Shown here: positions 1 through 9,900 of the stretch, piece after piece
How the letters are laid out: every line of letters begins with the position of its first letter
How positions within the stretch are numbered: the first letter of the stretch is position 1
From: Alphaproteobacteria bacterium
GTDB taxonomy: Bacteria; Pseudomonadota; Alphaproteobacteria; SP197
DNA: 64,000 nt
Direction of reading: 5' to 3'
Assembly (NCBI GenBank): GCA_965228895.1
Contig: OZ245842.1
Coordinates: forward strand, 4,352,001 to 4,416,000
Position numbers and translations under genes: made by a program
The notes under the pieces: model-generated
Database searches by the model: none
What the model saw: only the letters and a program-made list of their open reading frames with translations
What the model was told of the DNA's origin: nothing

Positions 1-572
1 TCGGGCTTCTCGTCGGCATCCCTCGGAATGACGCGCCAGATGAACACGACGGAGATCCCGGCCAACACGACGTTCGCCACGAAAAACATACGCCATTCGC
101 CGAGACCGCCGAGAATGCCGGCAATGAAGGGGGCGACAGAGTTACCCGTCGCGATCGACCCCAGCATCAGCCCCATCACCACGCCGAGCTTGTCTTTGTC
201 GACCGACCATGCGGCGACGGCCAGCATGCAGGGCCAGGCGATGGCCGAGCCGATACCCTGAACGACACGCGCGCCGATCAGGAAACCCATCGACGGCGCG
301 ATCGTGCAGGCAAGCGAGGCCAGGAAAAAGATGAGCAGCCCTATTTGCAGGAACCGCTTGCGCCCGAACATGTCGCCCAGACGACCGCCGGCTACCAGCA
401 TCATGGCGAGCGACAGCGCATAGGCGTTCAGCACCCACTGGCTGGTCGTGATGTCGACGGCGAAGTCTTGCTCGATCGGAATGACCAGCAACAACGCGCC
501 GGTGAAATCCGTCCCGATCATGAAGGACGGAATGCAGAGCGTGGCGATGATCGCCTTTGTATGCCTGTCCAC
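1..572 (-). CDS. MFS transporter, DHA2/EmrB-QacA-like (5' part; runs off window start)
   Basis: Manual translation from GTG at 572 gives MDRHTKAIIATLCIPSFMIGTDFTGALLLVIPIEQDF...QWVLNAYALS...GGRLGDMFGRKR (MFS motif A), followed by further hydrophobic helices. Confidence 0.85.
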   Translation of the reverse strand, partial: MDRHTKAIIATLCIPSFMIGTDFTGALLLVIPIEQDFAVDITTSQWVLNAYALSLAMMLVAGGRLGDMFGRKRFLQIGLLIFFLASLACTIAPSMGFLIGARVVQGIGSAIAWPCMLAVAAWSVDKDKLGVVMGLMLGSIATGNSVAPFIAGILGGLGEWRMFFVANVVLAGISVVFIWRVIPRDADEKP

Positions 573-634
573 GATGCCCCCGCTGGACCAACCGCGACCT
601 TAGCCCAGACAGGTCAAGCGCCAAACAGCGCTGT

Positions 635-1654
635 TCAGGTCGTACCCGGCAATCCCTTGGTCGTCGAGTACTCAAAGTGGAGTTCTTCGTCGGGGTAGAC
701 CAGCGGGCGGATGGCGTGCGCCGCCATGGCGGCTTCGGAAAAGCCCGACAGGATCAGCTTCAGCTTGCCCGGATAAGTGACGATATCGCCGATGGCATAG
801 ATACCGGCCTCGCTGGTGGCCGAGGTCGCGGGGTCGGTGGTAATGAGGTTGCGGTCGAGATTGAGGCCCCAATCCGCGATCGGGCCGAGCTCCATCCTGA
901 GACCATAGAACGGCAGCAAGACATCGGCGTCGAGCCGGCGCTCGTTGCCGTCAAGATCGGCGACGATCACCGCATCGAGCTTGCCGTCCGATCCGTCGAG
1001 GCCGTGAAGCTGGTAGGGCACGACCATCTCGATCGCGCCGTCCTCGGCCAACTTGTTCATGCGGTTGACGCTGTCGGGCGCGGCGCGGAACTTGGCGCGG
1101 CGGTGGACCACCATCAGCTTGTCGGCGACCTCGGCCAGCGACAGCACCCAGTCGACGGCGGAATCGCCGCCGCCGGCGATCACGATCTTCTTGCCGCGAT
1201 AGGCCTCGCGCCGGGTGACGTAATAGGCGACGGCGCCGGAGTCTTCATAGGCCTCGATGCCTTCCATGGGCGGCCGGTTGGGACCGAACGAGCCGCAGCC
1301 CGCGGCGATGACCACCGCGCGGCAGATGATGATTGCGCCCTTGGAGGTCTCGACCCGCCAATCATCGCCGTCGCGGACCAGCGACACGACCTGTTGGCCG
1401 AGGTGGTACACCGGATCGAACGGGGCGGCCTGTTCGGCGAGCTTGTCGACGAGGTCCTGCGCCATGATCTCCGGATAACCGGGAATGTCATAGATCGGCT
1501 TTTCCGGATAAAGCGCCGTGCACTGGCCGCCGACCGCCTCCAGCGTGTCGACGACATGGCAGCGCATATCCAGCATGCCCGCCTCGAACACCTGGAACAG
1601 CCCGACCGGGCCGGCGCCGACCACCACGATGTCGGTCTTGACCATCTCGCTCAT
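635..1654 (-). CDS. TrxB-type ferredoxin-NADP+ reductase (NAD(P)/FAD oxidoreductase)
   Basis: GAGPVG FAD motif, GGQC.ALYPEK.IYD, GGGDSAVDW and AIGDIVTYPGKLKLI, with no CxxC. Start taken at MSEMVK. Confidence 0.9.
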   Translation of the reverse strand: MSEMVKTDIVVVGAGPVGLFQVFEAGMLDMRCHVVDTLEAVGGQCTALYPEKPIYDIPGYPEIMAQDLVDKLAEQAAPFDPVYHLGQQVVSLVRDGDDWRVETSKGAIIICRAVVIAAGCGSFGPNRPPMEGIEAYEDSGAVAYYVTRREAYRGKKIVIAGGGDSAVDWVLSLAEVADKLMVVHRRAKFRAAPDSVNRMNKLAEDGAIEMVVPYQLHGLDGSDGKLDAVIVADLDGNERRLDADVLLPFYGLRMELGPIADWGLNLDRNLITTDPATSATSEAGIYAIGDIVTYPGKLKLILSGFSEAAMAAHAIRPLVYPDEELHFEYSTTKGLPGTT

Positions 1655-1712
1655 AGGGAAACCCTGCCTGTTCGGCCCTGACATAACGAAGCGCCTGCCG
1701 GCTTGGCAAACC

Positions 1713-1756
1713 CTTTCCATCGGGCTTTCCATCGGGCTTTCCACCGGGCCCTTTCC
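1713..1756. repeat. 12-bp tandem repeat (CTTTCCATCGGG x2, CTTTCCACCGGG, plus a partial copy) in a divergent intergenic region
   Basis: Read directly from the sequence. Confidence 0.85.
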
Positions 1757-1786
1757 TATGGGGGGCGGTGGGGCTACAAACGCGCC

Positions 1787-2266
1787 ATGAGTGCCTCGCC
1801 AAGCCCGACAGCCGCCCGCGACATGATGCTGGCCGCCGAATCGGTGACCCGGACACTGGCAGACCAGATTGCCGGCCTTGCCAAACCGGGCGATCTGATT
1901 GCGCTATGGGGCGACCTGGGCAGCGGCAAGACGACCTTCGCGCGCGGCTTCATCAACGCGCTGACCGGCGAGACCGAGGTGCCCAGCCCGACCTTCAGCC
2001 TGGTTCAGACCTATGACGCGCCGGACTTCGTCATCTGGCATTTCGACCTCTACCGGCTCGACCGGCCGCGCGACGTCCTGGAACTCGGCTTCGACGACGC
2101 GCTCAACGATGACGTCGTCCTGGTGGAGTGGCCGGAACGGCTTGGCGAGTACCTGCCGGAAGACCGACTTGATCTGCGTTTCCGCCTGGTCGCGGCGGGC
2201 GGGCGTTTTGTGCGCCTGGAAGCCTGTGGCAGTTGGGCCGAGCGGTTGAATGCTATGGCGTCATGA
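1787..2266 (+). CDS. tsaE: tRNA t6A biosynthesis ATPase TsaE
   Basis: GDLGSGKTTF Walker A, VPSPTFSLVQTY, HFDLYRL and VEWPE. Confidence 0.95.
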   Translation: MSASPSPTAARDMMLAAESVTRTLADQIAGLAKPGDLIALWGDLGSGKTTFARGFINALTGETEVPSPTFSLVQTYDAPDFVIWHFDLYRLDRPRDVLELGFDDALNDDVVLVEWPERLGEYLPEDRLDLRFRLVAAGGRFVRLEACGSWAERLNAMAS

Positions 2267-3249
2267 ACGATCGGGAGGCGCTGATCACCGCCTTTCTGGA
2301 ACGGCACGGCTGGGCCGATGCCGAACGGCGCGTGCTCGCCGGCGACGCCTCGTTTCGCCGTTATGACCGGCTCAGCCGCCACGGTCAGACCGTGGTGCTG
2401 ATGGATGCGCCGCCGCCGCACGAAGACGTGCGGCCGTTCGACCAGATCGCCCGGCACCTGCGCCATCTGGGGCTGGGCGCGCCCGACATCATTGCGGCCG
2501 ATCCTGAGACAGGCCTGCTGCTGATCGAGGACTTGGGCGACGACCTTTTCAGCCGTGTGCTGCGCGACGGCGGTGCCGACGAGACGGTGCTTTACGAAGC
2601 CGCCATCGATGTCCTGGTCGCGCTGCACCGGGCCGGCGCGAAAGCCGCTCTGCCGGCCTACGACAATGCGGTCATGCTGGACCGTGCCCTGTTGCTGGTC
2701 GACTGGTTCATGCCGCTGGCCGGCCTGGAGGTGACCGACGCGGCACGCGCCGATTATGTCGAGGCTTGGCGGTCCGTCCTGCCGCTTGCCCATGACGGAC
2801 CCGATACCGTCATCTTGCGCGACTTTCACGCCGACAACCTGATCTGGCTGCCGCGGCGCGACGACATCGGCAAGGTCGGCCTGCTCGACTTCCAGGACGC
2901 CATGATCGGCCCAGCCGCCTACGACATCGTTTCGCTGCTGGAGGATGCCCGGCGCGACGTCGCGCAACAGACCATCGAGGCCGCCAAAGCACGTTACCTC
3001 GCCGCCTTTCCCAAGCTCTCGCCGGCGACGTTCGACACGACCTATGCGGTGTGCGGTGCCCAACGCAACTGCCGCATTATCGGTGTCTTCTGCCGCCTGC
3101 TGACGCGCGACGGCAAGCCCGGATACCAGAATCTGATGGACCGGGTCTGGGGCCACCTGACGCACGATCTGGCCCACCCGGCCAACGCGCCGCTCGCGGC
3201 ATGGTTCGACCGCTGGGTGCCGCCGGATAAACGGACGCGGGCCGCATGA
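2263..3249 (+). CDS. amgK: AmgK-like MurNAc/GlcNAc anomeric kinase (APH family)
   Basis: LAGDASFRRYDR, RDFHADNL and LDFQDA; sits between tsaE and murU with 4-nt overlaps. Confidence 0.85.
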   Translation: MNDREALITAFLERHGWADAERRVLAGDASFRRYDRLSRHGQTVVLMDAPPPHEDVRPFDQIARHLRHLGLGAPDIIAADPETGLLLIEDLGDDLFSRVLRDGGADETVLYEAAIDVLVALHRAGAKAALPAYDNAVMLDRALLLVDWFMPLAGLEVTDAARADYVEAWRSVLPLAHDGPDTVILRDFHADNLIWLPRRDDIGKVGLLDFQDAMIGPAAYDIVSLLEDARRDVAQQTIEAAKARYLAAFPKLSPATFDTTYAVCGAQRNCRIIGVFCRLLTRDGKPGYQNLMDRVWGHLTHDLAHPANAPLAAWFDRWVPPDKRTRAA

Positions 3250-3959
3250 CACAGGTGACGCGCGCCATGGTCCTGGCGGCAGGGCGCGGTGTGCGCCTGA
3301 AACCGCTGACCGAAACGACACCCAAACCGCTGGTCGCGGTCGCCGGACGCACGCTGCTCGACCGCGCGCTCGACCGTTTCGCCGCCATGGAGCTGGTCGT
3401 CGTCAACGCCCATCATCTGGCTGACCAGGTGGCGGATCACCTTCACGGCCGTACGCAACCACCGACGATGTTGTCCCGCGAAACCGACCTCCTGGACACC
3501 GGCCTGGGCGTCAAGAACGCGCTGGGCGATCTCGGGGCATCGCCATTCTTCATTTCGAGTGCGGACATCCTGATAACGACGGGCGCTGCGGGCGACCCGC
3601 TCGATCGACTGGCTGCGGCCTGGGATGACGGCGCCATGGACGCGCTGTTGCTGTTGCAGCCGCGTGACGAGGCGGGCGGTTTCAGGGCGGCCGGCGACTT
3701 CGACCTGGATCGCCATGGCCGGCCGACACGCCGCGGCGACGCACCGGCCGCCGACTACGTCTACGCCAGCACGCAATTGGTTCACCCGCGTCTGTTTGCC
3801 GGCAGCCCCGACGAACCGTTCTCGTTCAATCTCTTGTGGGACAAGGCGATCTCGGCAGGCCGGCTCTTCGCCGTCGTTCATGACGGCGGCTGGTTTACCG
3901 TCGATACGCCGGAGAACCTGGCCGCCGCGCCGGGCTGGCTCGCCATCCATGGCGGCTAA
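3246..3959 (+). CDS. murU: MurU-like nucleotidyltransferase
   Basis: AMVLAAGRGVRLKPLT..TPKPL; conserved amgK-murU-addB context. Confidence 0.85.
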   Translation: MTQVTRAMVLAAGRGVRLKPLTETTPKPLVAVAGRTLLDRALDRFAAMELVVVNAHHLADQVADHLHGRTQPPTMLSRETDLLDTGLGVKNALGDLGASPFFISSADILITTGAAGDPLDRLAAAWDDGAMDALLLLQPRDEAGGFRAAGDFDLDRHGRPTRRGDAPAADYVYASTQLVHPRLFAGSPDEPFSFNLLWDKAISAGRLFAVVHDGGWFTVDTPENLAAAPGWLAIHGG

Positions 3960-6900
3960 GCTTTTTACCATTGCGCCCGGCACGTCCTTTGTCGACGCGC
4001 TCGCCGCCGGTCTTCTTGAACGCCACCGCGATGCGCCGGAGCGCCTCGGCGAGACACTTATATTGGTGCCGACACGGCGCGCCACCCGCGCCCTGCAGGA
4101 AGCTTTCGTGCGCCAAAGTGACGGCGCCGCACTCATCCTGCCCAGCATGCAGCCGCTCGGCGATGTCGATGAAGACGACCTCATCGCCGATCTCCTGGAG
4201 ATGGGTGACGACGCCATCGACCTGCCGCCGGCGATCCCGGTCCTGCAGCGCCAACTGCTCCTGACATCCTTGGTTCGTCGGGCCGGCGCACAGGTCGGCG
4301 CCGGCAATGACGAACAAGCCGCGCGGCTTGCCCGCGACCTCGCCCACCTGCTCGATGAAGTCGAAACGGCGGAGCTCGATTTCGACGCGCTCGAAGGGCT
4401 GGTCGAGGGTGATCTCGCCCGCCATTGGCAGACCACGCTTGCCTTTCTGCGCATCATCACCGAGCAGTGGCCACAGATCCTGAACGAGCGCGGCCTTGTC
4501 GACCCGGCGCAACGCCGCAGCGCCTTGATCGATGCGTTAGCCAAGCGCTGGTCCCAGAACCCGCCGACAACGCCGGTGATCGCGGCGGGCTCGACCGGCA
4601 CGATACCGGCGACGGCGCGCCTGATGGCAACGATCCTCAGTCTGCCCGAAGGCGCCGTGGTCGTTCCCGGCCTTGACCGGCATCTCTCGGCGGAAGCTTG
4701 GGCAGCCGTCGACGACACCCATCCGCAGGCTGCGATTAAGACGCTGCTTGATCACTTCGACAAGGCGCCGGCGGACGTCGCCGATTGGCCGTACCCTGAA
4801 ACGGCCCAAGTACCGCGCGGCGATGCGGGACGGGCGGCGTTGCTGTCCGATGCCATGCAGCCAGCAACGGCGACGACGGCGTGGCAACGCCTTGACCCCG
4901 CCGCGGACAACGTCTTTGACGGCCTGAGCCTGATCGTCTGCGCCCATCAGCGCGAGGAGGCCCAAATCGCCGCGCTCACCATGCGCCACGTCCTGCTGAC
5001 GCCTGGCAAGACCGCCGCTCTGGTCACGCGCGATCGCGATTTGGCGCGGCGCACCGCCGCCGAACTCAAGCGCTGGGGTATCGAGGTCGACGATTCCGCC
5101 GGTACGCCGCTCGCCGAGAGTGTGCCCGGCACCTTTCTGCGGCTGATCGCCGAGGTCGCTGTCGAGCGCGCGGCGCCGATCCCGCTCTTGGCGTTGCTTA
5201 AGCATCCCCTCGCCGCGCTCGGACGCGAGCCCGCGCAACTGCGCGCGCAGACCCGCCACATCGAACGGCTGGCGCTACGCGGTCCACGGCCCGGTTCGGG
5301 TCTGTCCGGCCTGCGCGCCGCGCTGACCCGGCAACCGGTTGACGCCGAACTCGTCGCCCTGGTCGACGACCTGGCAGAGGCTTTCGCGCCGCTTGAAGCG
5401 GCGCTCGCCAACCGCAGGGGTTCGCTCGCCGCCATGGTCGAAGCCCACATCGCCTGTGCCGAGCGCCTGGCGGCACGCGACAACGCGGCGGGCGCCGATG
5501 TGCTGTGGGCGGGCGATGCCGGCGAGGCAGCCCACCGGTTCGTTCAGGAATTGCTGGACCAGGCCGGCATCCTGGCCGGCGCCGAGGGCAACACCTATGC
5601 CGGTCTCTTCACCACGTTGATGCAGGGCCATGTGGTCAGGCCGCGTTTCGGGCGTCATCCCCGGCTCTTCATCTGGGGGCCGCTTGAAGCGCGCATGCAG
5701 CACGCCGACCTCGTCTTGATCGGCGGATTGAGCGAGGGCAGCTGGCCGCCCGAGATCCCGGCCGATCCCTGGATGAGCCGTCCGATGCGCACGGCCTTCG
5801 GTCTGCCGCCCCAGGAACGGCGGATTGGCCAGGCGGCCCACGACTTTGCCCAGGCCGCCGCTGGCGGCGAGGTCGTCATGCTGCGATCCGACAAGATTGC
5901 CGGCTCGCCCGCGGTTCCCGCGCGCTGGCTGATGCGCCTGGAAACCCTGTTGGACGCCTGGGGCAAGCGGCACCTGCTGGATCAAAACGCCGGCCTGTGG
6001 CGCGCCCGCGCCGCGCTGATCGACCGCCCGGCGCTGATCGAGCCCGCAAGACCGCCGGAACCAGCACCGCCGGTCGCCGACCGGCCGCGCCGCCTGTCGG
6101 TCACCCAGGTCGATACCTGGCTGCGCGACCCCTATGCCATCTACGCCCGTTTCGTGCTGGGGCTGAAGGCGCTCGATGCGCTGGACGAGGACCCGGCCGC
6201 CGCCGAGCGCGGCACGTTCGTTCACGAAGCCCTCGATCGCTTTGTCAAAGCTTGGCCGGATGCCCTGCCCGACGACGCCCTGGATCAGCTTCTGGCGATC
6301 GGGCGCGACGTGCTTGGCCCGACGCTCAGCCAGCCGGCGGTCGCCGGGTTCTGGTGGCCGCGCTTCGAGCGGGCGGCCGCCTGGTTTATCGAACAGGAAA
6401 AGGCGCGGCGGCACGAACTCACCGCCATCGTGACGGAGTCAAAGGCGGAACTGAGCCTGGCCGCGCCGGCCGGCCCGTTCACGCTCTCCGCCAAGGCCGA
6501 CCGCCTGGAGCGGCGCGCCGACGGCACGGTCGGCGTCATCGATTACAAGACCGGTACCGCGCCCAGCACCAAGGTCCTGAAGGCCGGCGGCGCACCCCAG
6601 TTGCCTCTCGAGGCGGCGATGATTCGCGAAGGCGCTTTCGTCGACCTACCGGAACGCACAATCGCCGCGCTCGAACACTGGCAACTGCAGGGCGGCGAAC
6701 CGCCGGGCCAGATCAAGCGGCTGGCCGGATCCGAGGCCGATGACCTGGCGGCAGAGTCGCTGGATAACCTTAGCGACCTCGTGGCGCGCTTCGATGAGGC
6801 CGAGACCGCCTATCTCGATCACCCCGACGGCGCCGACGCCAGAGCCTATGACGACTATCTGCTGGTCGCGCGAACCGACGAGCATCGGTTGGGCGCTGAA

Positions 6901-9900
6901 TCGGCCTTGCCCGACCTGAAAGTCGCGCCGCCGTCGCGTGAGACCGTCACGCTGATGCCGGCCGATAGCGTCCAGAGGCTGTTGTCGGATCCCGAGACAT
7001 CGGTCTGGGTCGCAGCGTCCGCGGGCACCGGCAAAACCAAGGTGCTGACCGACCGTGTGCTGCGCCTGCTGCTGAAGGGTGTCGCGGCCGACCGGATCCT
7101 CTGCCTGACCTTTACGCGCGCGGCGGCGGCGGAAATGGCGGTGCGCATACAGCGCTCCCTGGGTGCCTGGGCGACCCTCAACGAACCCGATCTTGCCACG
7201 GCGCTTGAAGGCCTGACCGGCCAGCCGCCGGACGAGGAAACCCTGATACGCGCACGGACGCTGTTTGCCGCGACGCTCGACACGCCGGGCGGCCTCCAGA
7301 TCGCCACCATCCATGCGTTCTGCCAGTCGCTGTTGGGCCGCTTTCCGCTCGAGGCCCGCGTCGCCCCCCATTTTGACCTGGCCGACGAGCGCACGGCGGC
7401 GGAACTGTTGCGCGACGCCCGCGACCGCGTCCTCTCGGCGATCGCGAGAGGCGGCGACGATGCCCTTTCACAAGCGCTTGCTGTCGTCGCGGCCAACGCT
7501 GCCGAGGGCACGTTCGATTCGATCATTCAGGAGATCTGCAGCGGCGCCGGGCGTTTCGATGCTTGCCTGGCGCGCCATGGCGGTCTTGACGGTACGCTCA
7601 ACGCCGTCGCCGATGCTCTTGGTGTCGCACGCGACACCGATGCCGAACAGGTTCTGCGGCAGGCTGCGACGACTGGTGCCCTCGACGAACCCGGATTGCG
7701 CCAGGCGGTCACGGCGATGGAAGCCGGCAAGACAACGGACAAGAAGGCGGCGTCACTGATCGGAGAATGGCTGACAGGTGACGACGACGCGCGCGTTGCC
7801 GGTTTCGCCGATTACTGTCTTGCCTTCCTGACAAAGGAAGGCACACCCCGCGCCAACCTGCCGACCAAGGACGTCGCCGCCGCGTCGCCGGCGGCCGCCA
7901 AAGCATTCGCGACCGAGCAGGCGCGGTTGATCGGCATTGCTGATACGCTCAAGGCCGTTCATGTTTTGCAGCGCACCGCAGCGGTTTTGCGGCTGGGTCA
8001 CGCCGTGCTCGAACGTTTCCGCGACAACAAGACACGACGCGCGCTGCTCGACTACGACGACCTGATCAACCAGACCAACGCGCTCTTGGGCCAGCCGGAC
8101 ATCACGCCTTGGGTGCTCTACAAGCTGGACGGCGGTATCGATCACGTGATGGTCGACGAGGCGCAGGACACCAGTCCCGCACAGTGGCAGATCGTCATTG
8201 AACTGGTGCGTGAGTTCTTCGAAGGCGAAACCTGGGACGACGATGTCCGCACCCTGTTTGTCGTCGGTGACGAGAAACAATCGATTTTCAGTTTCCAGGG
8301 CGCTGATCTCGACGCCTTGCGCAGTGTCCACGATCGTTTGGAGGCATTGGCCCGAGGCGAACAAGGCCGCTGGCGCGAAGACGATCTGAACCGCTCCTTC
8401 CGTTCGGTGTCTGCCGTTTTGACGGTCGTCGACAAGGTCTTCGAAAACGCTGGTGCCCGCGCCGGCGTCGTCGATGACGGCGCGATGCTGGAGCATCTGG
8501 TGCAACGCGCAGGCCAGGGCGGCCTGGTCGAGCTGTGGCCGGTGGTCGGCGACCTCGACGATGATGTGCCCGATCCCTGGCAGGCACCGCTTGGCTATCA
8601 TGAACCGGAAGATCGCAGCACGCGGCTCGCGCGCGAAATTGCCGCGACGATCTATAGCTGGATCGAACGCGACGAGATGCTGGCCTCCAAAGGCAGGCCG
8701 ATTACCGCCGGCGACATCATGGTCCTGGTGCCCCGCCGCACCCGCTTCGTCCACGCCCTCGTGCGTGAACTCAAACACAAGAACGTCGCCGTCGCCGGTG
8801 TCGACCGTATGGACCTTACCGGGCAGATCGCCGTGCGCGATCTGATGATGCTGGGCTACGCCTGCCTGATGCCTGAGGACGACCTGGCCCTGGCCGCCGT
8901 ACTGAAGGGACCGTTGGCGGACTTCGACGACGACCTCCTCTATGTCCTCGCCCGCAACCGTCAGGGCTGGACGCGCGACGGGCGCGGTGACGAACCGCTC
9001 GAGAGCCTGTGGGCGGCCTTGCGTCGGCGCGCCAACGATGACGCCGTCTTTCGGACTGCCCATGACTGGTTCGCCAATCAATTGGCTCATGCGGATTTCG
9101 AGCGGCCGTTCGAGTTCTATAGCCGCATTCTCTCGCAGAGCTGCCCGGCGCCGCGCGGCGACATGGTCGGCCGGCGGTTGAGCGGGCGCGAGGCCATGCT
9201 GCGCCGCCTCGGCATCGAAGCGGAAGACCCGCTCGATGAGTTTCTTGCCGCCAGCCTGGAATATGAACGCGAACACACAGCATCGTTGCAAGGTTTCCTC
9301 GCCTGGCTCGAGGCCGGCAGCGCCGAGATCAAGCGCGAGATGGAAGCCCGCCACGACATGGTGCGCATCATGACCGTGCATGGCGCCAAGGGTCTGCAGG
9401 CGCCGATCGTCTTTCTGGTAGACGACATGGCGACCCGCCCGCCGCGAACCGACAATCTCGTCTGGCTCGACGGCGGCAGCCTGCCGCTCTGGCCCGGCAG
9501 CGCCGGCAAGCGGGACCGCGTATCCGATGACGCCATCGACGAACGCAACGCACGCCAGGATGAGGAGCGCCGCCGGCTGTTGTATGTCGCCCTGACCCGC
9601 GCCGAAGACCGGCTCTATGTCACCGCCGCCTCCAGCACAGGCGAAAGCAAGGCCGACAGTTGGCATGGCATGGTCGCGGCGGGCATGGCCGAGATCGCCG
9701 AACCCTTCGACTTTGAAGCCTCCGGCGATCCCGCCTGGACCGGTCAGGCATGGCGGTATCAGACCTCGCAAGCCGCACCGACTGCAGCGCGACCCGGCAG
9801 ACCGGATGACGGTGACATTGCGGCCAACCTGGAAGCGGAGCTTCTCGCCGCGCCGACCGTCGAACGCGATACGGAACGACCGATCAATCCATCGCGCCTG

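Noticed and set aside
1713-1756. Possible CRISPR array
   Set aside because: The units are 12 bp and contiguous with no spacers, and there are no cas genes in the window.
1655-1786. Repeat-derived peptide extensions (MESPMESPME on the reductase; FHRAFHRAFHRA on TsaE)
   Set aside because: They are artefacts of translating the intergenic 12-bp repeat; family similarity starts downstream.
3625-3948. 108-aa N-terminal extension of the 2272-aa ORF
   Set aside because: It overlaps murU in another frame; AddB similarity begins at MAAKLFTIAPG (ATG 3949).
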